Source: Mustelus asterias
Lineage: Eukaryota
Assembly (NCBI RefSeq): GCF_964213995.1
Contig: NC_135804.1
Span: forward strand, 59,210,001 to 59,274,000
Length of the DNA: 64,000 bases
Reading direction: 5' to 3'
The translations under genes were made by a program, and so were the position numbers. The notes under the pieces are model-generated. The model ran no database searches and was not told the DNA's origin. It worked only from the letters and a program-made list of their open reading frames with translations. The number at the start of each line of letters is the position of its first letter. Position 1 is the stretch's first letter. Shown here piece by piece: positions 12,783 to 24,682 of this stretch.

Positions 12783-12837
12783 ATGGCATCGAGGGTTGTG
12801 CTTCAGAGCACACAGGTCATCTGGATTATCTTGAATG
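12783..12837 (+). CDS. Gene A: leader exon
   Basis: aaATGG start. Translates MASRVVLQSTQVIWIILN, then G|gtattt. 55 nt, phase 1, the same length as the gene B leader. A 99-nt intron separates it from the V exon. Confidence 0.75.
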
Positions 12838-12936
12838 GTATTTACTATCGCCCATTCCTTGTCTTTACGTGTGTGTCTCGCTCTCGCTCTGTCTGTTTTT
12901 TTTATAACTAAAACGAATGTTCATTTTCTTTCATAG

Positions 12937-13254
12937 TTGCTGCCAATCCTCTGATTGAAGTGACCCAGGCCCCTGAAAATATCCATTCGATAATCGGGAC
13001 TACTATTGCATTCGACTGCACGTTTCCTACTTCTCAAGACGACTTAGATGTGAACATTCATTGGTGGAAACTCGGCGAAAAGGATTTGATGCGGCCAGGA
13101 TCAGATAGCAGGAAATGGTTTGCCACTGGGAATGGAAGAGCCTCCTTTCAACTCTTGAATATCAGTATTCAGGACTCTGGAGTCTATTACTGCGGAGTGA
13201 CACTTCAGGGAAACTGGGTCACAAATGGAAGTGGAACAACGCTCGTCGTCAGTG
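12937..13254 (+). CDS. Gene A: germline-joined VJ-type Ig V domain exon
   Basis: tttctttcatag| acceptor and AGT G|gtaaga donor. V-set hallmarks: VTQ.P, FDCTF, IHWWK, LLNISIQDSGVYYC and the J-like NGSGTTLVVS. Confidence 0.93.
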
Positions 13255-14935
13255 GTAAGAGAAGTGTTAAGACGCGAGGTTGCATAGTCTCAACGTTATT
13301 CAAATAATAAAGATTAGCATCCCTTCAGCGTTCGCTTGGTCGATTCTTAAATAGATACATTGGAAATTAATTGCTCCAATAGAACGATTCTAGGCATGAA
13401 ATGAAGATCGTCTTTTCACCTTCTTACTTGCTTCAGTAATAATTATTTCTGCTCTTTCATGTGTTCAAACCTGCACAGGAAACGTTTTCAGGTCATTCAA
13501 GTGCGGATGCAGATTGTGAAACAACTTGAAGTAATTTCGGTATAAATAATGTTTTGCATATTTTAAAATAGTACTTATTATTAAAAAAAATCATGTTACA
13601 AGTCTTATTATTGAGTCCAATTACAATCAGAACACAAATTATACTCTTCCTGCGTTAAAACGAATGTCTGCATAGGGCTTTATAAGTGTATCACTGTTTT
13701 AATGTACGAACCTGGCAGCAGATCTGCACACAATAATATTCCATAAACGGAAAAGAGAAATTGCTAAATAATTACTAACAGTGTTTCGGGTACTAATTAC
13801 TAGCCAAGGGGACAATGTCAATGTATTTCTCTGAGTAGTGCTGGAGGCTACGTAGAGTTTATCTCCTCCAAAGCAGAGAGCTTGCACTGATTAAGTTCTC
13901 AAATGCGGGGAGTACAGCGTGGAACTCACGACCTAATCGGAGTTAAGGATCCTGCCATTGACCTACGGAATTCACCATGTGCTCCAGATCTGAAGGATCA
14001 GGGTCTCAGATGTTTGGCTATCATTTCAGTTCTTTATTCGGCCGCTTTGGTCACTTCCTGACTGATTAACACAATAATCTGAATCTTCTCAAGTCCCTTC
14101 AAAAACGAATATGTCGCCGATATAGAATTTGATGAATCTATTCCTGAGTTGTGCAAACTCTATTCGTCGCAGTAATTAATCTTCAGATACATGTCGCACG
14201 TTGAAGTAAGCAGTGAAATGAACGTCTCGCCTTTTGTTCAATCCCCGGTTGGGATTTTGTTCATTCCTTACGAACCCACGATAGAACTATATCACCCCCG
14301 TTTAGCTATCGGATTATAGTCAGCAACAGGATGGGTTGTGGGCGTGGGATCACAATTCCTCCGTTCATTGTAAGTAGCGATATAGTCTGAGGGCCTTCTG
14401 GAAGTTTCATCAGGTTGCTAATTGAGAGCAAATAAACTCTTCACAAAGGCATTTCCCATTCAGTACAGGAGCAACGCCAAATGCTTCATCCGTGCTTCCG
14501 AGTTCTTCTACCTGTTCAGGCAAACAGGAAAGTCTAATTTCGAGGATTTACATAGAGAACGATACAATTGCGCCGAGTTCAAAAGATCTGGAATGCACTG
14601 CCTGAAAAGCTTGTTAGAAGCAGATTCAGTAGAAATTTAAAAGGAAATTTGATATGCACTTGAAGTGGAATATTTGCTGCGCTGCGGTAAGAGCCGAGGC
14701 GTGAAATTAGTTGCTTATTTCTTGCATAGAGCCACCGCAGGTACAATAAGCCGACTGACATTCTTCATACTCTATGATGCAATAATCTACAATAATTATA
14801 AAGCGATGTTTTAATTCCGCCAGTAATAAACAGATTGATAGCTGTTTGAGCTGTTTTAGCTCAAATCGAATAAAAGTGAATGCCATTCTGCAGAATATAC
14901 GGTATATATAACTTCATTTCTCGATCTTTCGCCAG

Positions 14936-15247
14936 CTCTTCCAACTCCCGTGAAGATTCTTCCCCGCGCATCTGCAAGCAACGTACCCGATTCTTTGACG
15001 CTCGTGTGCGAAATGGCTTCATTTTACCCGGCGGGTCTAACTATCACTTGGTACAAAAATAATGGAAGCATTGAAAATGGAATTCACACCACCAAACAAC
15101 TCAGCAAAACTGGAATGTATGAAGCTTCCAGCTACTTTGAAGAGGCACAGCCGGTCCAGGGAGGGACTGTTTATGCCTGCCTAGTTTCTCATGCCGCTCT
15201 CCAGATTCCGGCCATGGCAAGTTACATAGTTCCCAATTGTAAACCAG
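14936..15247 (+). CDS. Gene A: Ig C1-set domain exon
   Basis: tctttcgccag| acceptor and CCA G|gtatga donor. C1 hallmarks: LTLVC, FYP, ITWYKN and YACLVSH. Confidence 0.93.
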
Positions 15248-16422
15248 GTATGATATCAGTTTTCTTGGAAAAAATGACAGTGCAATGAAATCTAACGTTA
15301 TTGAAAGTGAACGGGTTGTAAATTTCACGGCAGTGACAACGGTGGCAACAAAATGCAAAATATATTTGTAAAATCAGGTCATTATTTCAAGTATTGAAAT
15401 GTATTCTTTGTTTCCACTGCCTTTACTTTTCCATTTTCAGGCCGACCAGCTCCTCGGAATAGTGACAACTTCTTAAATAGAGGAAACTTCCACCTTTGGT
15501 CGGGAGTGAAAAGGCGGTCTCGGTTGGACCGCGTTATATATACCGCCAGATTTTACTTCCAACTTATTATACAACCAAATTTGAATATTCGCGCAACGCA
15601 ATTGCATCTCGACAGCTCAGTAAATACTGAAACCCAGAAAACATTGTTTTCACAAAATTCATTTCCTTCCCCTGTTCAATTTCATTCATCAATATTGTAA
15701 ATTCATTCAAACTGCGTTCATAATCTGCCAATTTCCCATTTCAACTCAGATAATCACTGATTTAGTGCCTTCCCATTGTAACCACAAGTGGATTTCTTTA
15801 GTCCGGCGCAGGTCTGAGACGTGTGTTGGAGTTCTTCAAAATGAAGTGGCAAATGGGAATGAACCCTTGACATCTCTGTGGCAAATGTATATCTGAACAT
15901 TTTTGTGTTCGCGATTTGCAATGGAATGGAAAACGTGTACAAAGTACAATTCTTTCTGCCGGTTATTAAATAATTATTGCATTTCTTTAACTTTCTTGAA
16001 ATAATGCTAGCCACGTGGTTTGGAATTTAAAATTATGTGTTGGGACAGTGGGTAAAAGTTTACACTCGCATTTTGTGGAGAAATAAAAATGTCTAGACAC
16101 ATTAGCAAAGTAAACCTTAACATCGAGAAGTCATGATACAACTCCACATAATACCAAGGGGAATTAATACTTGAATTAACTAACCTAGTAAAACAAAAAT
16201 TTTAATATTTTACTGCATCAATAGTAACCGAGTGTGAAAGAATAACGGGACGAAGTATCGGTGAGGTGAGAATTAAAATAATTTTCCACTTCCGCCCGTC
16301 ACGGGAATCGTAGCGGGCGAGGGGCGGACCATGGAAAGGTCCTTTGACCTCGTACGGGATTTTCCGGTTGCGGGACGAGCGCGGACGGAACATCTGGCCC
16401 TCAATACTTCGTCTTCTATGGA

Positions 16423-17970
16423 ATCCATCCCAGGGTACTGAAAGAAATGGCAGAAGTAATAGCAGATGCGTTGGTTGTAATTTATAAAAATTCGCTGGAC
16501 TCTGGGGCAGTGCCGCCTGATTGGAAAACAGCTAATGTGACGCCACTGTTTAAAAAAGGAGGTAGACAAAAGGCGGGTAACTACAGACCGGTTAGCTTAA
16601 CGTCCGTAGTTGGGAAATTGCTGGAATCCATCATTAAAGAAGAAATAGCAGGACACCTGGACAAAAATGGTTCGATCAAGCAGACGCAGCATGGATTCAT
16701 GAAGGGAAAGTCGTGTTTGACGAATTTACTGGATTTTTATGAAGATGTAACGAGTACAGTTGACAGAGGGGAACCGGTGGATGTGGTGTTTTTAGATTTC
16801 CAGAAGGCGTTCCATAAGGTGCCTCACAAAAGGTTGCTGCAGAAGTTTAAGGTACATGGAGTTGGGGGTAAAGTATGAGCGTGGATTGAGGATTGGCTAT
16901 CTAACAGGAAGCAGAGAGTTGGAATAAATGGGTGCTTTTCTGGTTGGCAGTTGGTGACTAGTGGCATGCCGCAGGGATCGGTGCTGGGGCCTCAACTGTT
17001 TACCATATACATAGACAATCTGGATGAGGGGACCGAGTGTAGGGTAACAAAGTTTGCGGATGACACAAAGATGAATGGGAAAGCGAATTGCGTGGAGGAT
17101 GCGGAAAGTCTGCAGAGAGATTTGGATAGGCTAAGTGAGTGGGTGAGGATCTGGCAGATGGAGTATAATGTTGACAAGTGTGAGGTTATCCACTTTGGAA
17201 GGAATAATAGTACAATGGACTATTATTTAAATGGTGAAAAATTACAACATGCTACTGTGCAGAGGGACCTGGGGGTCCTTGTGCATGAATCGCAAAAACT
17301 CAGTTTGCAGGTGCAGCAGGTGATGAAGAAGGCAAATGGAATGTTGGCCTTTATCATGAAGGAGTATAAAAGCAGGGAGGTCTTGCTGCAATTGTACAAG
17401 GTACTGGTGAGGCCACAACTAGAGTACTGTGTGCAATTTGTGGAAGGATATATTGGCCTTGGAGGGAGTACAGAGAAAGTTCACCAGGTTGATAACGGAG
17501 ATGAGGGGGTTAGCTTATGAGGAGAGATTGAGTAGATTGGGCCTGTACTTGTTGGAGTTTAAAAGATTGAGGGGAGATCCTATAGAGACATATAAGATAA
17601 TGAAGGGGCTAGACAGGGTAGAGGTAGAGAGAGATTCTTTCCACCTAGAAAGCAAACAAGAACTAGAGGACACAGCCTCAAAATAAGGGGGAGTCAGTTT
17701 AGAACAGAGTTGAGGAGGAACTTCTTCTCTCAGAGGGTAGTGATTCTTTGGAATTCTCTGCCCATTGAAGCAGTGGAGGCAACCTCGTTAAATATGTTCA
17801 AGTCACAGGTAGATAGATTTCTGACCAATAAGGGAATTAAGGGTTATGGGGAGTGGGCGGGTAAGTGGAACTAAACCACTATCAGATCAGCCATGATCTT
17901 ATTGAATGGCGGGGCAGGCTCGAGGGGCTAGATGGCCTACTCCTGCTCCTATTTCTTATGTTCTTATGTT
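16423..17970 (+). mobile_element. CR1-clade LINE (RT region, inactivated) in the C1-TM intron of gene A
   Basis: NYRPVSLTS, QHGF, PQGSVLGP and KFADD motifs, with stops and frameshifts and a ttcttatg tail. Confidence 0.93.
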
Positions 17971-18254
17971 CAGCAACAGCGCAAATTGGGCGATAGCGAG
18001 TCAGTAGCGGTTTTTACATTTCCTCTGATTGCCATTTAACTTTCCACAGGTTAAATTAAGCGATGTGTCACTTCCCCATCCTAAAATGCATCGCTTAGTT
18101 TTAAATAGCGGGAAATGAATTTTCACCAAAAAACACGCTGATTCCTCATACTAACCTGATCGAACAATTCTTCAATATCGGGAGCTCTTTGCAGTTGTGA
18201 CTGCAGATGACACCCTCCATATCTTCAAGTTTCAAAGTTATGTCAATCTTTCAG

Positions 18255-18374
18255 GTCGTGACAGGACCTCGTCCTCATCTTATTTACGAATCTTTGGGTG
18301 CGCAGGCTTCGCATTGATGTTTTTGCTGCTGGTGATCTGCATTAGAAAGTTGTTCATATTCGGCAACGATAAAG
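18255..18374 (+). CDS. Gene A: transmembrane exon
   Basis: atctttcag| acceptor and AAA G|gtagga donor. Translates GRDRTSSSSYLRIFGCAGFALMFLLLVICIRKLFIFGNDK. Confidence 0.85.
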
Positions 18375-18871
18375 GTAGGATATCGCATTAGAACGTAATA
18401 AAATTGTAAATCAGAAATGACAGGAAGCAGCCAATGAGCAGCAAAAGATGAATGATCCACGTTTGAACCCAATTTTCTGTTGGCGCTGGAAGAATTCAGT
18501 TGGTTGTTGACTTTGAAATTGGTCTGTGATATTGATTATAATATTTATTTTAGATTGGTATGAGTTTAACGATAGATTGTGGTTTCAGAACGCAACCTCC
18601 CAACACACCCCAATCCGAAAACGTCATCCCTGCATCCATGAGGGTAAACACACTACAGGAATAATATATCCAAAATTGTTTTCCCCATCACTTAGGCAGA
18701 TATTCCATTTTTTTAACTACAGTGAAGAGTTTTGAATTAGTATTTGCCATCCAGTATCCCACGGCGTAAATACAGTTTGCGGAGTTTAAAGATGCTTTCT
18801 TGTCTTATCCTCACTGTAAACTGATATTTTTATGTATCATTGACAATGACGTTTTGAATTTTGTGTTTTAG

Positions 18872-18915
18872 TAAGCAGACAGAGAAAAGACGAAGCAAAC
18901 AGAAATGGCAAATCT
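18872..18915 (+). CDS. Gene A: 44-nt cytoplasmic exon 1
   Basis: ttttgtgttttag| acceptor and TCT|gtaagt donor. Translates VSRQRKDEANRNGKS. Confidence 0.85.
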
Positions 18916-20047
18916 GTAAGTTAATAATACTCATTCGACTGATGTTTTAAATACAATGTGCAAATTTTGTGTTGAGCTGAGAGCTTCTGACATTTGATAC
19001 TGTTACCCACTAAGCTTTAGCTGGCTCTACTGGAAGTAAAAAATTGCAGCGTTTGCTAATTTCCGTTTTTTATGCTTCATGCCAATCTAGTTAGTGTCAA
19101 ACAGAATGCCAGTTTTACATTTGTACTCCACACTTTGGGCACTCAAAGTTAGTTTAGTCAACGTCCTGGAGGCGGATGTAGCATTAGCATTTCGGAGTTT
19201 CAGCGTGTCTCTGGCTATCAAATTCGAGCTTTTGTATCGACGTTCACCCGAAACTACGTCACGTGGATGGAATTTGCAATATTTCCTCTATTGCAGCAAT
19301 GGCAATCCTTCGAAGGGATTCATCGGTTCTTCATTTTGACGAGCTGTGGTGGTGAAAGACACTTAGTAAAAAATATTATCATTTTGCATATAATTACTGC
19401 TTGAAAATATTACTCATCGCTTGGAGTTAGGTTGAGGTTCATTGGATCTTACTAATACTTAAATCGCTAGATTGATAATTTTCGCGGAGGTTTTAGCTTT
19501 GAGGGTCAACTGGACACACTAGGGACCTTTTAATGTAAAATCATGCAGATCTGATTGAAGAATTGGAATTTTGAAGCATCTTGCGCCAGTCAATGGGGAA
19601 ATATTTCCACTGACAATGAATAGGTTACGAGAGGATATAATCTAACATTATCAGCAGAAGAACAGAGAGGTCGGAGAATCTTTCTCAGTCAGAGAGCTGT
19701 CAGAGAATGGAATTCCACATCAGAACAGCACGAAGCATAATCCATACAAGAATTTACAAGAAGAGGTGATACCAATTTCAAAAACAAAATACATAACTTG
19801 GTATGGGGAGAAAATACAAGTGTATGGGTCTAAATAGAAAACCCGCCCTAAGGACAGCTACAAGGACGACTTTACAATATTCTCAGTTTTCAGTGCTATA
19901 TCAAACACGTGACTTGTGAAATACTGAATGCAATGAACATTCCTGTAGCGTATCCTTCACAACTTTGCAATCATTGTTAAGCTAAATTAGCAGCCACTGT
20001 GAATTTGGGGGACAAACATATTTGAGGGGGCAAGATATCAGTTGAAC

Positions 20048-20373
20048 GAATCATAGAATCTCTAGTGCAAAAGAGGGTCATGCGGCCCATCGAGCCTGCA
20101 CTACAACAGTCCCATCCAGGCCCTATCCGAGCAACCCTACGTATTTTCCCTCCTAATTCCCCCTGACACTAAGGAGCAATTTAGCGTGGCCAATCCACCT
20201 AACCTGCATATCTTTAGACTGTGGAAGGAAAGCGGAGGACCCGGAGGAAACCCACTCAGACGCGGGGAGAACATGCGAACTCCGCACAGACAGTGACCCA
20301 AGCCGGGAATCGAACGCGGGTCCCTGGCGCTGTGAGGCAGTAATGCTAACCACTGTGCCACCGTGCCGCCCCC
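20048..20373 (-). mobile_element. HE1-like SINE in the last intron of gene A
   Basis: Same head, core and tail as the other copies. Confidence 0.88.
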
Positions 20374-20524
20374 CAGAATTTGCCTAATGTAGTTTCGTGA
20401 CCCAATATGTAAATTCGTTAAGCCAAGGACGACTCAATTATTATGATGAAATCACTCCGTTTTATTATGCATTCTGTGGATAATTGAGGTTAAGGCCTAA
20501 CTTTATAAAACATCTCTTTTATAG

Positions 20525-20662
20525 ACCTTGCAAGACGCATTTGACAATCCGCTGACTTACGCAGAAGTCGAACTAATTAGTTCTGAGAAAAATGGAAGTC
20601 CGAGAGGCAAGGAAAAGGGCACGGAATACGCAGGCATTAGGAACGTACGACAAGAGAGATAA
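20525..20662 (+). CDS. Gene A: terminal exon with ITIM (LTYAEV) and ITSM (TEYAGI)
   Basis: ctcttttatag| phase-0 acceptor. Translates TLQDAFDNPLTYAEVELISSEKNGSPRGKEKGTEYAGIRNVRQER*. The six exons sum to 987 nt (328 aa plus stop). Confidence 0.88.
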   Translation, partial: TLQDAFDNPLTYAEVELISSEKNGSPRGKEKGTEYAGIRNVRQER

Positions 20663-21609
20663 GTGCCGAATGTCCACACAGAACAAAGTTTCAATTAATG
20701 CCAATATTCGCCTTTTACTTCTTTACGTCGACCGGATCTACCTTCATGACATTGGATGACTTCTCTTTTCATCAATACAATCTCTTATCACCCAGATTAA
20801 GTTGAGCCCAAAGTTACAGCTAAAGTTTTATAGCTGGCGGAATTTTACGCTTGCAATTACGACAGATTCGCACATTTGCAGAACAAAACGGAAGCAAATA
20901 ATTTACTGTCGGTGAATCTCTGCTTCAGTTTAACTTAGGCTGTAAAGGTCACCAAATACTTTAATTTCTATAGAATCATAACGTGATGGGAACGTGCCCT
21001 TTTCGGTTGTTAGCCTACTTATAAAATTCCTTGGAAAAGATTACTCCTCGTTTATTAATGAGGAACGTGTAGTTTTTTTAAGCGTTCTACTTTATACTTA
21101 TTGCTAAACATCCTAGCTCAACCTGGAAACCTAATCATATATTTGTGGAATTTGAAATTTCACCATCATGTTAAAAATGCCATCAATTTTAAAAGTATTT
21201 TAAAGTTTTAGCTTGTACCTGAACCCAAACATGACCGCGAATTTTGCTGTCTGCAAATGAAAATGAAAAATGAATCGTTCTGGTTTGCTGTGTGTGAATA
21301 ATTCAATCTGATTAGTGACTTACTCGTTTGTTTGCATTACCGATGATACAGCCGAAGCTAGTTCGTTGACTTGACATTGGATGTAAACTCGATCGACAAA
21401 GAGGAATGCTATGCAACAGAGATCGCTTTTTGAGCAGAAATTCTTTAAGGTCAGAGACCAGGAGCATTGCTTTGGTGTTGACTAGAAAACTCCCTGTGAT
21501 AGCACATCTTTGTCCATACATGATAGCAGCTGAGGAAATGCTTGTGATTAATGTGGCAGTGAAACTTGCGAGCTACACCAACAATTAATATTGTCTGTAA
21601 AAGATCTGC

Positions 21610-23800
21610 ATAACTGGACTGGTAACCTAGAGATCCAGGGTAATGATCTGGGGATCTAGGTTTAAATCGCACCATGGTAGATGATGAATTTCGAATTCAA
21701 TAAATATCTGGAATTAAAAGTCAAATGACGACAATGAAACGATTGTTGTAAAAGCCCATCTGGTTCACGAATGGACTTTTATCCCCAGGAAGAAGAAGCA
21801 TCCCAAGGGGAGGAGGCAATCGTCGCTAACGACGGACGTCAGGGGCATTAAAGCAAAATAGAAAGCATACAATGTGGCGAAGTTTAAGTGGGAACCCAAC
21901 GGATTGGGGAGTTTTTAAAGACCAACAGAGGACAACTAAAAAAGAAAAAAAGGGGGAGCAGATAAAATATGAGGGTAAGCTAGCCAGTGATATAAAAGAA
22001 GATTGTAACAGTTTTTAAAATATGTAATGGGTAAGAGAGGGGCAAGAGTGGACAATGGTCTATTGGAAAATGAAGTCGGAAAAGTAGAAATGCTGGAGAA
22101 TCTGAACAGGTGCTTTGCATCAGTCTTCACGGTGGAAGACACCAGTAACATTATAAAAATTCAAGGGAGTCAGGGGGCAGAGTTGAGTACTGTAGCCATT
22201 ACTAAGGAGAATGTGCTCGGAAAACTGTCTGAAGGTCGATTGATCACCTGGGCCAGATAGACTGCACCCCAAAGTTCTGAAGAAGGTAGCAGAAGAGATA
22301 GTGGAGGCATTCGTAGTAATTTTTCAGGAATCACTGGAGTCAGGGAGGATTCCAGCTGACTGGAAAATCGCAAATGTAACACCCCTGTTTAAGAATGGAA
22401 GTAGGCAAAAGCGGGCCTGTTAGCCTGACCTCGGTCGTTAGTAAGATTTTAGAGTCCAGTATTTAGAATGAGATTTCGGCATACTTGGAAGTGCATGGTA
22501 AAATAGGGTGAAGTAAGCAAGATATCGTCAAGTGGAGGTCATGCCTCATAAATCTGTTAGAGTTCTTTGAGGAGGTAGCAAACTGGTTAGATGAAGGAGA
22601 GCCAGTTGATGTTATCGACTTGGATTTCCAGAAGGCCTTTGACACAACGTGCCACACTGGAGGCTGCTGAGTACGATAAGAGCCCATGGTGTTATAGCAA
22701 TGTACTACCATGGAATAGAAGATTGGCTGACTAGCCGAAAGCATGGAGTAGAGTTAAAGGGTCATTTTCAGGATGGCAGATGGTGGCTAATTTAGTTCTG
22801 CAGGGTTCAGTGTTGGAACTACAACTTTTCACTTTCCACATCAATGAACTAGATGAAGGAATTGGGGACATTGTCGGTAAGTTTGCAGATGATACAAAGA
22901 TAGTTGGGATGACTGGTAATATTGAGAAGTCGGGGAGGCTGCAGAACGACTTGGATAGATTAGGGGAGTGGGCAAAGAAATGGCAGATGGAAAAGGACGT
23001 GGGAAAATGTGGTGTTATGCACTTTGGTTGGAAGAATAGAGGCGTGGACTATTTTCTAAATTGGGAAAGAATTCAGAAATCAGAAGCGCAAAGGGACTTG
23101 GGAGCTCTAATTCAGGATTCGATCAAGTTTAACTTGTAGGCTGAACGGGTAGTTAGGAAGGCAAATGCAATGTTAGCATTCATTTAGAGAGGACTCGAAT
23201 ACAAGAGCAGGGATGTACTGCTGAGACTTAAAAATACTCTGATCAGACGGTATTTGGAGCATTGTGAGCAATCTTGGGCCCCAGGTTGTGCTGGCCTTGG
23301 AGAGTGTCCAGAAGAGCTTCACGAGAATCATCCTTGGAATGAAAAGCTTGACGTATGAGGAGAGTTTGAGGACTCCGGATCTGTTCTCGATTGAATTTAG
23401 AAGGATAGGGGGGGGAGCTAATTGAAAATTACAGAATACTGAAAGACCTGGATATAGTGGATGTGAGGAAGATGTTTCCATTAGTAGGAGAGACTGGGAT
23501 CCAAGGGCGCAGCCTCAGAATAAAGGGACAACCTTTTGATCAGAGATTAGGAGGAATTTCTTCAGCGAGAGGGTAGTGAATCTATTGAATTCCTTGCAAC
23601 AGAAGCCTCTGAAGGCCAGATCATTGAGTATGTTTAAGACAGAGATTGATAGGTTCTCGATTGGTAATGGAATCAAAGATTACGAGGAAAAGGCAGGAGA
23701 ATGGAGTTGATAAACTCGGTTGCCTAATTCTGCTCCTATATCCTATTGTCTTATGGTCTTTAGGGAAGGAAATATCTCTTCTTTCCTGGTCTGGCCTGAT
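21610..23800 (+). mobile_element. Old CR1 LINE (about 21780-23757) nested within a SacSINE1/Deu-like SINE
   Basis: Degenerate RT with KFADD and EWAKKWQM. The SINE halves (…cccatctggttcac and tttagggaaggaaat…tggtctggcct) flank it. Confidence 0.75.
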
Positions 23801-24399
23801 AAGACACCCACAACCCATGAGTAAATAAAAACAACCCATATCTGATGTTTTCAGGATTGTAAAGTTCTACCATGCTGTAACACTTGTCCTTAACTTCAAA
23901 ACCATTAAAGGATTATCCACAACCAATTCGTACACGATTGAATGTTTTACTAACTATGTTATGCTTAACCAATAAAATCCATACTTCTGGTTTGGGGATT
24001 AACAGTCACATTGGAGGCAGCTATGTGCGGCGGGCATTCTATGTTGGGCAAAACTCTCCCAATCGTTAAACAAATTGGAAGCTCAAGAGGCTTAACAATG
24101 AGAAACCTCACTGAAGCTGCGTGTCAATTGAAGTGATGGCATATTCTTACTCTGTTTTGAACATTAGAGGTATGCACTTTTAATTTGCTAGAACCATAAA
24201 CATATTCCATTAGCAATAGAGCTGTCAGCCTGAATCCATCTTCAGACCAAACACCAGAAGTCCAGTAAAGCTGTGATCGTGGAATCGAGCCAGAGTGAAG
24301 GTGGGAACAGTAGAGAGAGAAAAAAAATAAAACAATGAAATCACTTAACATGCAGCAATGAGTTTGGAGTGACACCATTGCTGGAACTGCAAACTGAAG

Positions 24400-24682
24400 G
24401 GAAGGCGGTGGCATATTAGCATTGTCAGCTGAGTAATAATTCAGAGATCTAGGGTAATGCTCTGGGGACCCCGCAATATGCTGCAATTTAAATTCGGTAC
24501 ACATCTGGATTTAAAAGCCAGATGATGATGAAGCCCAGCTAGTTCACTAATGCCCTTTCTGGAGGGCCTATATGTTAGTCCAGACCTAAAACCATAATAA
24601 TATGATTGACTCTTAAATGCTGAACAAGTGCAATTAGGGATGGGCATGTCCATGGGACACCCACTTCCTGTAAATAAAAAAA
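24400..24682 (+). mobile_element. Degenerate SacSINE1/Deu-like SINE (related copies at about 1255-1450 and 58395-58705)
   Basis: Shared blocks gggtaatgctctggggacc, gttcactaatg and caattagggatgggca. Confidence 0.6.
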
